DNA of 64,000 nt from Camelus ferus (Eukaryota). Below the pieces are notes generated by a model that saw only the letters and a list, made by a program, of their open reading frames with translations, did not search any database and was not told where the DNA came from. The DNA is taken from the NCBI RefSeq assembly GCF_009834535.1, contig NC_045697.1, positions 93,684,001 through 93,748,000 of the forward strand, given 5' to 3'. Shown here one piece after another: positions 1 through 13,144 of this stretch (the first letter of the stretch is position 1; every line of letters begins with the position of its first letter). The translations under genes and the position numbers were made by a program.

Positions 1-394
1 TTTCATTATAGTGCTTCAGTAATTTTAATATTATCTTTTGTTTCATGATTTCAGTTAACTGAAGTAGTTTTGACTATGAGTAGCTTACATTTGAAGTAAA
101 TATGTCTGGACCACTCAAAGCATTGGCTCTAAAATAAAATAGTTACCTCTAAGTAGATTATGTCACAGAATAACAATCTTCACCTGTCAACAAACTCCTG
201 CCCTCATCCATCAGTTTATTTATGCAATAGACATTTGCCACAACCCAAAGCATTCTACATTCACAAAAGGCAAGCAGAGCAGAAATCTCAAAGAATTTCA
301 TGTCAATCTGTTATAATCACCAAAATGAACGCTTGACAACTACATGTCTGTTCAAATGCACTCTTACCCTTATGGCTTTGCTAATATCTTGCAG

Positions 395-654
395 ATCAAA
401 AGGAGCTTTGATTTATCAGAGGTCTGTGACTAATTCACTATGTATGGGAGGGCAAGAAAACATCCAGCTTTTCTTTAATACATCACTTCTTCAGATTACT
501 GTACACTGAGTTCATTCTCATCCCTCATCCTTGAAAAGATCTAAATAATAAAATATGATTATGTTGATAATATATTTTGGAATCCCATACTCCAGAAGCT
601 TCACATATTATAATGCGAATAAATAGATGTTTTGATATTTAGGAAGGAAAAAAT
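395..654 (+). pseudogene. Candidate exon relic
   Basis: Acceptor atcttgcag|ATC, donor AAT|gtaagt. Phase-0 frame IKRSFDLSEVCD*FTMYGRARKHPAFL*...KYDYVDNIFWNPILQKLHIL has 5 TAA stops. Exit phase 2 does not match the next candidate without a frameshift. Confidence 0.35.
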
Positions 655-1168
655 GTAAGTGAAAACTGGGGCTAGGCAAGACAATGGAAGGAGCATTAAA
701 AGAAAACCAGAAATATTTCAGAGCTGTTTCCTGGGCTCCTTTAAAAGATTTGATTTTAGAACATATCATTTTAAAGAGAGAAGCAAATAAAGGGGTGATA
801 ACTTCACCCACTCTTAAAATATATAATTGTAACCTCTTAAAGAATTTAGCAACATGTGCAAGATTCAGTCTTTTATATCTTACCACTTAGGTTCCCATGA
901 AAAAAATTAAAACAAAACCTTTTTATCAATACAAAAACTATCAATAATACCAGTCCTATATCTGTAATCATGTAACGTTGCAGTCAATTTTCAAATTATA
1001 AACAACGTCAAAGTACTTAGCCACCTCCAATTAAACAAATCTTGGACTAATTGTTCAACATGGTATTCTCTGAACTAGGGTACCATTGGCTGCCTTGTTT
1101 CCCACACAGAACAGAACATCTGATTATATAACATTCCACTGATACATAGATGCATTCATTTATAACAG

Positions 1169-1241
1169 CATCTCATGAAACTCTTAGAAGTCCTCTGTAT
1201 CCTATATCCATCTGGGAAAAAATGTTTTAATGCATATTAGG
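1169..1241 (+). pseudogene. Candidate exon relic (73 bp)
   Basis: Acceptor tttataacag|CA, donor AGG|gtgagt. Reads SHETLRSPLYPISIWEKMF*CILG; exit phase 2 joins 4123. Confidence 0.5.
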
Positions 1242-2089
1242 GTGAGTGTAACTTCCAATTTTACCTTGAATTAAGAAGAAGAAAGAAACAGATAAAGTAG
1301 AAAAATATCTAAATTCCTAAATTCAACAAATTACCATTGAATGTTTGCTGGAATTTGAGAATTTGATTTGGCTGAAATCACAGTTTATTCCTCAGCCTTT
1401 TGACCATGATGGAACCTGTATCCAGTCATAGGTCTAAAAGCAAAGATGGTGGTGGGGGTAAATCCTGAGAAGCATTAGCAATGCCCCTCAAGGCAACTAT
1501 CCCAGGGGAGGCCTTTACAAGTTCTCCAGGCAAAGGAGGACTGAGCTCCTGAGACATGGGTGAGAGGGCAAAGAACACTCATCAGAACCTAGGGGATCTA
1601 GGCCTCCAACTTCATCAGAACTGCTTATATATCACTACTCCAGCTTTCAGGATCCTCTTTCTTCCCAGTCATCCTCTCAGAAGTTTGTGTTGTAATTCGG
1701 CTACTCAAAGGAGACTCCTGAGTTTGGTTTTCAGCAATATTGGCCTTTAACTACAGGAGATAAAAGTTATTTGCTGGGGCTGATAAAGAAAGCTTCAGAT
1801 AACTTACGTGGAGTTTGAGATTGAAATTTGGAGCCCTGACCTTATTCTTTTCTTTCCCCACTTTCTCAGTACAGTCACTCTAATTATACTCCCTATTTTG
1901 ACTAAAACATTTTAGAGTAGCAAATACATGATGACCCAGAATCTTTCTGTCTGTGGGTATTTGACTAGAATTACCCAATGGCAGTATTTTGTGCATTTCT
2001 GTTGTCACAACATGTGATGGATTTTGTTTCCTTTTTACCACTGGAAATAGGTAGTGTGTTAAAGACACACATATCTAGATTAACTAAAA

Positions 2090-2250
2090 TAATCTTCCTT
2101 ACTTCAAGTTGACGATCTTAAAATCAACTGATTAAGGACGTTTAATCACATCTAGAAAGTACCTTTGTAGCAACACATAGATTAGAATTTGATTAAATTA
2201 CTGGAGACTGTAGTCTAGCCAAGTTTATACATTAAATAGATTATCATAGT
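2090..2250 (-). mobile_element. MLT2-like (ERVL) LTR fragment
   Basis: aaaatcaactgatt...aatcacatcta...agcaacaca...ctagccaagtt resembles the reverse complement of the MLT2 5' end. Confidence 0.65.
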
Positions 2251-2499
2251 ATCTATGAAGAAAAAGATCGATGGCACATTTATAGAAACTTCAGAAAAAT
2301 CAAAATGTTTAAATCAGTGTGCTTGTGTGTATTCTACATAATTAGAGGCTTTTTTGAGCACTTGAGAACTTTAAGTATTTGTATTCAAATTTTATACTTA
2401 TTTTCTATATTTTGAATTTTTAAATAAGTAGCACAATAGAAAAAAATGCCAAGTTTTGTTTATATTGTATTTTACTGTGATTTTAAAAAAGAAAGTAGT

Positions 2500-3655
2500 C
2501 TACCCAGTCAATGGATGTAAAAGCAAATATAAACCAGTGAAACCTAATTAAACTTTTAAGTTTTTGCACAGCAAAGGAACCCAGAAGAAAAACAAAACAA
2601 CAACCTATGGAATGGTAGAAAATATTTGCAAATGATGTGACTGACAAAGGTTTAATTACCACAATATATAAACAACTCATACGACTTAATAGCAAAAAAA
2701 AACCCAATCCAAAAATGGGTGGAAGACCTAAACAAGCAATTCTCCAATGAAGACATACAAATGGCCAATAGGCCCATGAAAAAATGCTCAATATTGCTAA
2801 TTATCAGAGAAATGCAAATCAAAACTACAGTGAGGTATCACCTCACACCAGTCAGAATGGCCATCATTCAAAAGTCCATAAATGGTAAATGCTGGAGAGA
2901 GTGTGGAGAAAAGGGAACCCTTCTACACTCTTCTTGGGAATGTAGTTTGGTGCAGCCATTATGGAAAACAGTATAGAGATTCCTCAAAAAACTAAAAGTA
3001 GACTTACCATATGATCCAGCAGCCCCACTCCTGAACATATATCTAGAGGAAACTTTAATTTGAAAAGATAACATCACCACAGTGTTCATAGCAGCACTAT
3101 TTACAATAGTCAAGACATAGAAACAACCTGAATGTCCATCAACAGATGACTGGATAAAGAAGTTGTGGTATATTTATACAACAGAATACTACTCAGCCAT
3201 AAAAAGACTAAAATAATGCCATTTGCAGGAACATGAGTTTGAGTAAACAAAAATCTGGAGATCGTCATTATAAGTGAAATAAGCCAGAGAGAAAAGAAAA
3301 TACCATATGATATCACTTACATGTGGAATCTAAATAAAAAAGGCATAAATGAACTTACCTACAAAACAGAAACAGATTCAGACATAGAAAACAAACTTAT
3401 GGTTACCATCAGGGAACAGGGGTAGGAAGAGATAAATTGGGAGTTCGAGATTTGCAAATACTAACAATTACATATAAAATAGATATAAAAAAATTTCTTC
3501 TGTATAGCACAGGGAACTATATTCATATCTTGTAGTAACCCATAATAAAAAAGAATATGAAAAGAAATACATGTATGTATATGTATAACTCAAACATTAT
3601 GCTGCCCATCAGATATTGATACATTGTAACTGACTGTACTCCAATTAAAAAAAAT
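2500..3655 (+). mobile_element. 5'-truncated L1 (ORF2 C-terminus, 3'UTR, A tail), cetartiodactyl/camelid type
   Basis: ORF 2719-2976 reads as L1 ORF2 C-terminus ([21 protein letters not shown]...[13 protein letters not shown]). The 3'UTR has ctgtatagcacagggaactatatt and the element ends in an A run. Confidence 0.95.
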
Positions 3656-4122
3656 ACTAAGAAAAGTAAGTAAAATACAGTGAGGTTTAAGGGGGTAAAC
3701 ATCTTAACTTCAGTATGATTTGGGATAAATCTCTTACTTCTTTACCTCAAACTTCCTTGTTTGTATTTTTCTTTATTCTCTAGATCCATGAACTAAATCC
3801 TCTCACTACCTCTTTGCCTCCTTTGTTTACCAATATGCTCATGGTTTCATGTCATTATCATACTCATTCTTGGGTCTGCACTCTTTTCTGTTGCTGCTCT
3901 CTTTTGGTATAACTCTATTTCTCCCAAATATTATTACTATTCTACATACCCTTTACCCACATCAGTTTCATAGTATTCTTTTATGTTCTCTAATGCTTTT
4001 AAAAAAGACTAACCTGTCTCATCAGAGTAAATCTTGATTTGCAAGTTAATACTGTCTTGCATTCTAAGTACTCCCTATAAACAATTTTCATCCATTGAAA
4101 AAGTTGTGTTTTCCTTTTCCAG

Positions 4123-4278
4123 ATCTAATAATAGAGTATTTCAAAATATCACTCAGTCTTGTAGACATAGCACAATGCCCAAAACTAAAGCAGTATCAGG
4201 TTCTAGTGAAGGTAAAATAAGCAAAACTGTATTACTTTCAAATGACCAGTTTGTCTGCCTTCTAACTCCTGAAGATGG
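4123..4278 (+). pseudogene. Candidate exon relic (156 bp, open)
   Basis: Acceptor ttttccttttccag|A, donor TGG|gtaact. Phase 2-2 and stop-free: SNNRVFQNITQSCRHSTMPKTKAVSGSSEGKISKTVLLSNDQFVCLLTPEDG. Confidence 0.65.
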
Positions 4279-6689
4279 GTAACTGAAATTTTTCTCCCCC
4301 AGGAATTTTGCCTATTTTTGTTATAGCCTATAGAAACCACTTCTGTGAGGCTGGAAATTCATCTATTTGCGAGATTTGGCTTATAAAGCAATTTCCAAAT
4401 AGACTGGTTTATCTACCTACTAGGTTAAGAAATTATAAACTGTTAACATTCTGTGATCTTACAATGTGCCAATTTATAAAATAAAATTTCTTTTCTGTTA
4501 ATCAAAATTTACTCAAAAATTTTGTCACTCTTAATTTTGCTTTTGTGAGTAGAAGCAATAGAAGTTTTAAATTATAATTTATTCTCAAATAAGTCAATGA
4601 TTAAAATATTCTTGGAGCAATTACTCCTATTGTGTACACCAGAGTGTTCCTTCTGTGAAAATGTTGTATGGATGAGAATGAATATTCCAAAAGAATTTTA
4701 GTTACATTTTATCATAAGTGAGTGTAATTTCTCCTCCTTTAGTTTATTCCACCACAAACCAATCTATTTTACAGCGAAGATCTAAGGAAAGTATTTAAAA
4801 TAATCCTAATTATCCTTATGTTTCTGATTTTTTTTCCTGCCAGCATTTTCTACCCTTCTCTGCTTTGATGAGGCTCTTTGGGTAATAAGCAAAATTAATT
4901 TGCAAATATTGAACAACTGTTTGGAATATTTTTAAGTTTCTCAACTTGTAGTTAGCACTTTAACGTGCTTTTGGATTGTCTTGTCTTGTTCTTTATATGT
5001 ATAATCCATGTCTATATTAAGAGGAAACTTGACCAAATTTAGTACAAATAGTATTACCATCAAGTTACATGAAGACAAATGCTAAAGCTTACAATTGTTT
5101 TTTTTTTTCTTTCATCTGAGCTACTGGCAGTAATCCAGAGAGCGCTAATGATCATAATATCAGTGATTTAATTAAGTTTAATATATCAATTCTGTCAACG
5201 TTAGTTCTTGAATTTTGATTCATAGTCATTAAAGAGAAATATACCATATTATACTAGCATTTAACCTAGCTTTCACTGATGTTATAAATTAAAAAAAAAA
5301 TAAATTAAACAGGATGCGGCCCTCCTGAAACAAATATTTGAATTCCAATGACTAATAAATAAAATCTATTTAAGTCTCTAAATCATTTTAGTGACGTGTC
5401 CAGTTGAATAGCAATTCATTAGCATTTGCTATCACAGAAAACTAAAATAAGAAAATCTCTTTTGTCTAGTATTTATTCTATAATTTTCTATTCAGTTCTA
5501 TAAGTTTAACATTATCAACTACATTTGCAGATAGCATCTCGCTGCATTCTCTCTCTCTAAATCTTTATGTGTGTATGTATGTAATATATACACACATACA
5601 TAAATGTATATAACATATTTACAATATAAACATAAATGTGTATATATATGCACACATTCTCTCCCCATTCAACCTTTCCCCCCAGCCTTTGGCAATCAGC
5701 TGCATTAATAGAGGTGTGAGTAAATGCCCAATTAAATAATTATTATTATTTTAAGTCTTCTGATAGAGCTCTTTAATTAATTTGACGATGATCATATGGG
5801 GCATAAGGGAGCGTCTGTTGTGTTCACGACTGTTCATTTCTTAAAATTGAGTAATGGTTACTGGAGTGTGTTCAACAAAGAACAGTGAATTGAACTGTAA
5901 CTTGATCTTTGGATATGTTTGGTAAGTTCTAGTTTAGTAAATAAATGCATTCTCATATATAAATTGTATATTTTAACATATTATTTAGTAACTACCCCTT
6001 ACATGCTTCCCTTCCCACCAAAAATGGAAGCTTTCCTTTACAAAGTCACAGCCAGCTCCTTTCTAATCTTCAGCTATCATTTTCTTCTTTCAGCCTTCCG
6101 CAAGGTGGTTAATCCTCTTCCATTTCATAACCTTTGTCATATTTGAAAATAGCTCACATGGGCCTCTGAGACTCTTCTTAAAATGAAAATTTGTGGTGTC
6201 TTTCACTGATCATTGCATATGAAATATTTAATTTCCTCACAGTTTTTTAGCTCTGTTCTGAACACATGTTGTCCTTTTTCCCATAGATTTATTGTAAATG
6301 ATGTTGTCAAATTTTGAAGCCAAATTTGAAGCTAAATTCAAATTTTGAAATCTGCAATTTTAGCATATATTTAAGTTGACCAAAAAACAAACTTAATCAA
6401 TTCTAGATTACAGGCTATCAGTGATACAGTGTATTAGACTTTTTGTTCATATTTTTAATATTCTAGAAATTTGCCTATTAACAGCAAGAACAATTTGTGT
6501 TTTGTGTGTGTGAAACATTCTCTTTCTAAGCTGCATCTACAAAATGCTATACAAGTAAAGTTTAGTATTTTAAATCTGGATAAAATGAGTATGTTTTGCA
6601 TACTAATATTAGGAATTGTGCTCAGCTACGGACAGACACGCAGGATGAACAGTGTCTTAAACAAATAATGGATATGTTTTCTCTTTCAC

Positions 6690-7090
6690 AGATGGATAAA
6701 TCCAAAGATCTGGTGTGACAGCTCCTCAGTGCTACACAAGGTTTGGGTTACTTTTTGCTGCTACAGTTTCTTAAACATCTTTTCGAGGCTCCATCCTCAA
6801 ATTTGCCTTATTGTAACAAGATAACTGCTGAAGCTACAGTGATCATACCCCTGTTCTAAGTAGGACTAAGAAATTGGCAAGTATATGAAGGCTGAATCCA
6901 GCTGAGTCAGCACATCTTTTAATGTCATTCTCTGTGAAGTATTCCCCCAAAATCTAATTGTCCAAATGTTTATACTATTGCTGGCCCTCTGGCAAGATGA
7001 AATATAAATGCTCTCATTTTCACTCCAAAAGTATATTTTTATAAAGGAACAAAGGGAATGTAGACATTGGTTGGGAAACTAGTCATCTCT
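6690..7090 (-). mobile_element. Old MaLR (MLT1-like) LTR remnant
   Basis: Degenerate MLT1-like text (ggctccatcctc...aagataactgctgaagc); strand and subfamily uncertain. Confidence 0.35.
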
Positions 7091-7366
7091 TATGCTGGAT
7101 TCAGAGTTTGTCATCCAAAGTATTTGCTATTCCTTCCCCTCACAAGTTTGAGAACCCACTTTCTGGTTTTAGTATCAGTCCTTTGTAAAAATGTTGAACA
7201 ACAGTAGGCTAATGAAAACTCCTTACTAAGTAACACTAGAAGAATATATTCTTGTGTGCTTCAATTCAGTAATCAGTGCACTTTATATATAGCATTCAAT
7301 CAAATACTGATTGTATAATTTATACAGCATCCCACGAATATTTGTTTTTCTTTTCCCTATGTCCAG

Positions 7367-7597
7367 GATCTGGAGTGGGTATAGTGAGTGCATGGTTTAA
7401 TGATGCCAGAAGGCTGGAAACACCAAATAAAACATTGGATATGACATTGGAAGAGAATACTTTGCACTGGAATTGCCAGTGAAATGGACACAAAGAGGAG
7501 CAGATCCAGACAATCATGAGATCCTGTACTAAGAATGCCTTTATAAATGAACACCTGCTCTTTTTGAACAGCATTTTCAAACTAAATGCTTTACCAG
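7367..7597 (+). pseudogene. Candidate exon relic (231 bp)
   Basis: Acceptor ttttccctatgtccag|G, donor CAG|gtgagt; length is a multiple of 3. Reads IWSGYSECMV**CQKAGNTK*NIGYDIGREYFALELPVKWTQRGADPDNHEILY*ECLYK*TPALFEQHFQTKCFT (5 stops). Confidence 0.6.
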
Positions 7598-8437
7598 GTG
7601 AGTGTGTAATGAGGGATTTACCACCCTAGAACAAATTAAAGTCATCATTAATTAATTAGTTATTTTAAAAACCTACCCTAATTTGACTTGATTTTGAATA
7701 ACATTATTTTCTTAAAATCGTTTTCATGTGGGATTATTTCCCCAAACTCTGTTTAGCTAAGTTTATTTACCTGTTTCACCAGTGCATTCCATTATTAGTA
7801 AGGACACTTCCAATTAGGGTGATTTGCAGTCTCTGACTCGACAGCCTTTGATAAATGAGTACATGAGATGTACCCCACAGCTAATGAAATTCCACACCTG
7901 AGTTTGGATGACATCAAATGTGCCACAAATTGTTTCCTTTCCTAAGCATAATTAACTAAAAGAGAAAAAAAAATCTCATTTATGATTATCGTGCTAAATA
8001 ATGCATATCTTCATGATATTTAATAGATAATTTACTTAAAACAACACTGTGGGAACCGATCTTTTTGATGCAACAGATGTTGCATTTATGCAAAATAAAA
8101 ATAAAACCAGAATTCTACACTTGGAATACCCATCTAACTTTAAAGATAAGGATTTCTAGTAGCAGATTTCATTTCACAAAGTCTTATGAAATAGAAGAAA
8201 AATTATTGCCTTGACACTGTAAATTAACAGATTGCACATATGGATTAATACATCTAAATCTCCTTTTGTATAAAGGTAGAAGATTTCCACACCTGGCTAA
8301 ATGATAATTATTAGACATGTCATTCTAATGCGTAAATTGAAAAGCCAGTGTACATTCACATGTGAAACTAAACATGGATTTATAGGCTTGTATTTAGTTG
8401 AATTTAAATAACAATAAATACAACCTTTTCTGGGGAG

Positions 8438-8613
8438 ATATTTGTCATTTGGCAATGTGCCAGTTTTGCAGCTGATCCTGATAAGAACCTGTATGGTGTG
8501 ACACTGGGGATTCCTCTCATCCCAATCCAGAAGAACTAGAAAAGGAATGTCTTTTGACCACAAAATTACATTCAGTTTGTAAATCAACTGCTCAATTTTT
8601 ATAGCAGTTTTGA
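8438..8613 (+). pseudogene. Candidate exon relic (5' boundary uncertain)
   Basis: Donor TGA|gtaaga; weak acceptor ttttctggggag. The phase 2-in/1-out frame YLSFGNVPVLQLILIRTCMV*HWGFLSSQSRRTRKGMSFDHKITFSL*INCSIFIAVL fits both neighbours, but other frames also look protein-like. Confidence 0.45.
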
Positions 8614-9510
8614 GTAAGAGTTGTGGAGAACTCTGTCTGAAGCATGTTCCTTCTTTCTATTATACTACACACCTCAAAGAATTTGTTTTTAATGATAAGA
8701 GAAAGTATAGGATTTTTGTTTCCATTGCATTATCACCATTGAAGGTGTTTAACCTTTTATTTTTCAGCAGTCTATTGTATTTCCTTAAATCATCAGAGCC
8801 ATATTATGAAAATATACAGCTCAATAGGAAAATTAGGCAGTTAGCTAAAAAGTTTTACACTCCTGCAAAAGAAAGTCATCTTTCCCTAAATTGCAATCAC
8901 AAGAGTATTATTATAGCTAAGAAGTTTTTGTTTTGTGTAAACATATATATTATTGAACTTAAGCTCAACATATAAAATGCCCTTGCTCCTTTAAATGACT
9001 TTAAGGAACAAACGTCTGATGCTTTGTATCAGCATAGAGCTCACATGAGATGCATAGATAGCATAATGTTTTGTCAAAGAAAATCAGATTATGTGGAAAT
9101 TCAAAAGGCACACATAGTGGTTCTGTCTTTCTCGTGTAAATAAAATGTTCATAAATATCTGTAACTAGATGCAGAAATTTATCTCAGCTTCTAGTTCATA
9201 GTTATGTAATATCAATGCAAGTTAACTTCATTTATTTTATTTGCTATAGTTACACCCAAAGATATTTCTGTAAATCATGTGGAATCGGGTAAAAGATTAA
9301 ATGACTTCAACTCATGTAATGTAGAATCACTCAGACCCCAGGTTCCAATTTACCAAAAGAGAAGGTGCTTACAAAAGTCATTCTAAGGTATTTGAATAAA
9401 TGTTGCCTTAATAAATTAGAAAATGATAAGGCAGGCTCAGTTTCTATCAAGTAGAAAAATAAATTGCCAGTAATTGGGGTTTTTTAAAATCATATTTATC
9501 TTTCTGGCAG

Positions 9511-9580
9511 TAAACTTTAACTCAGCCTATCCAGACTTATTATGGGAAGTGGAAAAACAGAAACTGAAAACTGAAGCTCG
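9511..9580 (+). pseudogene. Candidate exon relic (70 bp, open)
   Basis: Acceptor atctttctggcag|TA, donor TCG|gtgagt. Reads NFNSAYPDLLWEVEKQKLKTEAR with no stop; phase 1-2. Confidence 0.7.
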
Positions 9581-9765
9581 GTGAGTAGAGCGGCCACACG
9601 GCACACACTGGGAAGAACCCTCACAGAAGGGGCTTCAAAAAACGCCGTGCGCACAGGCACTGACCATGAAGTAAAGAGCTTCTCCGGAAAAGGTGGCTTG
9701 GCCACAGCAGGAAGTACTAAGTTGAGTAACTTAGTCATTGTCCTGACTTACTTCAATCACATTAA

Positions 9766-10100
9766 TTTTTATTTTATTTTATTTTTTTAATTTATTAAAG
9801 TATATTCCGTTTACAATGTTGTGTCAATTTCTGATGTACAGCATAATGGTTCATTTATACATATACATGCATATATTCCATTTCATATTCTTTTTCATTA
9901 TAGGTTACTACAAGATATTGAATATAGTTCCCTGTGTTATACAGAAGAAACATACCTATTTTATATATAGTAGTTAGTATCTGCAGTTCTCGAATTCTCA
10001 GTTTATCCCTTCTCAACCCCTTTCCCTGCTGGTAACCACAAGTTCATTTTCTATGTCTGTGAGTCTGTTTCTGTTTTGTAAATAAGTTAATTTGTGCATT
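9766..10100 (-). mobile_element. L1 3' end, antisense
   Basis: T-rich tail (ttttattttattttat) followed by the reverse complement of the same L1 3'UTR seen at ~3350-3650. Confidence 0.9.
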
Positions 10101-11161
10101 TCTTTCACGTTTAAATCAAATGTAATTTCCCCCTTTCCACCATGTCAGTGTATCTACCACCAACTCAAGTGAAATGTGACAAATAGAAAAATTGCAAATT
10201 TTTCTGAATGTTTCACATGCCAAAATTCTAATGTACAATGTCAGTTTGGTTAAGACCTCTCTTACCTCAAACAAATCACCCACTCACTGCCTCATTTAAA
10301 TTTTCTGAGGACGTGACATTTTTAATGGAAAATATACATCATCTTTCACAGCTTAGGTTAAAATAGAGCAAGTAGGAAAATACAGCCCCATTTGCATATT
10401 TTTCTAATCCAAAGAGAAAAAAATATTTTCAAAAAAAGCATTGAAGTCTGTGCCATTACCACTGGGCAAATGATCAAGGATCAGGGACGACAGTTTTCCT
10501 CTTAATGCTGCTGGAGTCAGGAGAAGGGCCCGAGAGGGCTTTTCTAACCTCACCCAATCACAGATGGGTGGCATGTTGGCTTTGTAGCTGAAGTAAAAGC
10601 TGAACTGGTCGTAGAAGGTGTTGTAGCTGTCAGGGCCTGACACATTCTCCTCTTCTCCATGCAGACATTAAAAGCATTGTTCTGGAACTCTCCACCAGCT
10701 CTGAGTTGCCTGGAAAATGTATTCAAATTTAGAAAAAAAATGTTTTATGTATAAAATGGAAAAAATATTAGTATTCCTTAGTAAGTGCTCAGTACATGAT
10801 CACCATTATTATTTAAACTACTACTACTAGTAAATATACTAAATAATGAAACATTTCAAAGTAAAAATAAAATCTATTATTATTATTATATTTTAAGAGC
10901 AAAGAATTTGAACAGCATACTTACATTTTTCAGTGCACAGCATTCAGGGCATAATTAGCTTGCCATGAAACCCATGATCCAATAAATATTAATTGGACCT
11001 GGGTTTTCAATTAAAAAAAAAAACTAACCTGCATTTTCTATCTTTGTAGAGACACGAACCAGAAAAAAACACAGTTTCAGGAGAAGGTCTTACAATCATC
11101 TTTAGGTGAATGACAGTGTGTTCCTTTAGAATTTGGAGCAAAACTCTTCTGTTTTCTGCAG

Positions 11162-11367
11162 GTGTTTTTCTTTTGAGTAAAAGCTTATGGATTGCTCTAG
11201 CTTCCTACTAGACACCAAATTATTTTCCACAAACACAGTGTTAATTAGTGCCTAACCTTGTCTCTCAGTAATTCATTTAGGGGATGTCAAAGGGGAATGT
11301 GACTCAGCTGGAAAGATGGAGAAAGTTATACATCCTCATTGGAGGGAGGGTTAACATGTGTTTGGAT
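11162..11367 (+). pseudogene. Candidate exon relic
   Basis: Acceptor ttctgttttctgcag|G, donor GAT|gtatga. The entry frame continues from 9580 as R-CFSFE*KLMDCSSFLLDTKLFSTNTVLISA*PCLSV; an internal frameshift is probable. Confidence 0.5.
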
Positions 11368-12760
11368 GTATGAGGGATATTTATACCATATTAGGGGAAA
11401 GTATTATTCTCCTGATGTCTATTTCAAAGTTAAATATATTTAGATGTCTGAGAATGCCAAATATATATATTTAATATTGTGGATGAGAAATAGGTTTTAA
11501 AGATGTGTATAAATGCCAAGTTGACAAGGAATAGATGGTGCTATGTCTTGTTGGTTAAACTGGGAACTACATTTCACAGAACACCCTGCCTGTCTTTTCC
11601 CAAGTAGTGTTGGCCAAAATAGAAATGTATGCTAGATTTGGAGGTCATTAATTAGACAAAGAAGGTGACAGATAGACACAACAAGCCCAATTATTTCAAG
11701 CTTATTCTTGTCTCCTGTATATGTCCAGACTTTCCAGATAACTGACACTGCAGCAACCAAAAGGGGTCTCAGACCCACTGACTTTGGACTAGAATGGCAG
11801 GAGCTAAACAGGGATTTGTGCAAATAACTTGATTTATTTTCATACACATAAATGTATGGAATTTAAATTCCATGTACATTCAATTTGTATTAAATTTAAA
11901 TATAAATTGAATGCACATGGAAACTTAAATGGTTTTCATTATATAAAGAGAGTGTGTGTATACTTACGTCTGTATGTTTGTGTGTATATATAGATACATA
12001 TATCTGGGGGGTTTTGATTAATTCTTATTAAATCTTCCTTTCTGAGATCAAATCTCACCAGCTTCTTCATCATACAATTATTTTCCATAGCTTAACTATT
12101 AGTTACTCTACTGAGTTGTAGTTTTAATATTTATAATGTGATCATCTGATGGTCTGTCCCACTACACTATAAATTCCATATTGGCAATCAATATGTTTGT
12201 GCTTGCCAGTGCAGCCCCAGTGCCTGACAGCTTATAGTCAATAAACATTTCGATGGATAAATGATTGGAATTCTGAATGAATGATGTACCTTTTGCTGGA
12301 TTAAAGAGGACACATTTGTTAAATGACGGGCAGTAATGGATCTCTATATTTAGAGTAAAGAAAAAAATTATCATCATATATTAATTATCTACATACTCTA
12401 GTCAGTTAAGCTCTTACAAAACGCCATTTTTATGCTATTAAATGTACGAGTGATCTTATCTCCTAATTAATTACACAATAGACAATTATTGGTTTAGTTC
12501 TTTGTTTATATTTGTCTTTCTGTTTTAAGATATTCCCTATACATTGATAGCATAGAAAAATGTGTTAGTATATAAACACCATCACACAAATAAGAGAATA
12601 TTGTCAAGAATATTCTTGTTAAATTTCAAGACCGCCTAATGGCATTTAAATGCAAAGAACTGCATACAAATCTGATAAAATTAACTTTATTTTGTACTTG
12701 AAATGTTATTTGCATCTCTTGTTACTAAAACAAAAATTTATTTGTATAATTAATCATTAG

Positions 12761-12813
12761 AATCTTCCCAAAGGATTTATTTTTTATAGGAAGGAAACTT
12801 TTGTGGTTTGCAG
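12761..12813 (+). pseudogene. Candidate small exon relic (alternative acceptor at 12790)
   Basis: Donor CAG|gtaatg; acceptors aatcattag|12761 or tttttatag|12790. Two frames are open (IFPKDLFFIGRKLLWFA or NLPKGFIFYRKETFVVC). Confidence 0.45.
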
Positions 12814-13056
12814 GTAATGAAATGGTTTCATCAAGGCTCTGTGGTGATTGATTATCTTTGCTTAGGAGATTTTCCTTATTCTTTGTCTAAACGATTCATT
12901 GATTACCTTCATTCACTTTTGTAATATCTCAGGAATAGCTTTTCATTGTTTACTACTGACAAGTGTTTCCTCTATAGCACACTATTGTTTTCATATTATT
13001 AAAAGTATTTATAAACACATGCACACAAATATCAGCCTTTAACATTTTATTTTCAG

Positions 13057-13144
13057 GCTCTAAAGAGTAAGACTACAAAGAAATTTACATCCTAAATAAC
13101 CATTTCCAAAATAGTTCTTTTGTAGAGATTTGAGAATGTTAAAA
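13057..13144 (+). pseudogene. Candidate exon relic (88 bp)
   Basis: Acceptor ttttattttcag|GC, donor AAA|gtaact. Reads SKE*DYKEIYILNNHFQNSSFVEI*EC*; frame ambiguous. Confidence 0.4.

Noticed and set aside
2719..2976. ORF as a host gene, and similarity to 41478-41681 as a segmental duplication
   Set aside because: Both are independent copies of the L1 ORF2 C-terminus.
6309..6352. Degenerate ~11-12 bp tandem repeat (aaatttgaagc)
   Set aside because: Only 3-4 imperfect copies; ordinary slippage.
7320..7580. Two open minus-strand ORFs
   Set aside because: They are antisense to candidate exon 7367-7597, whose splice sites are on the + strand.
10404..10643. 79 aa minus-strand ORF in a GC-richer patch
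   Set aside because: No homology I recognise, no splice signals, and no poly-A or TSD to indicate a retrocopy.
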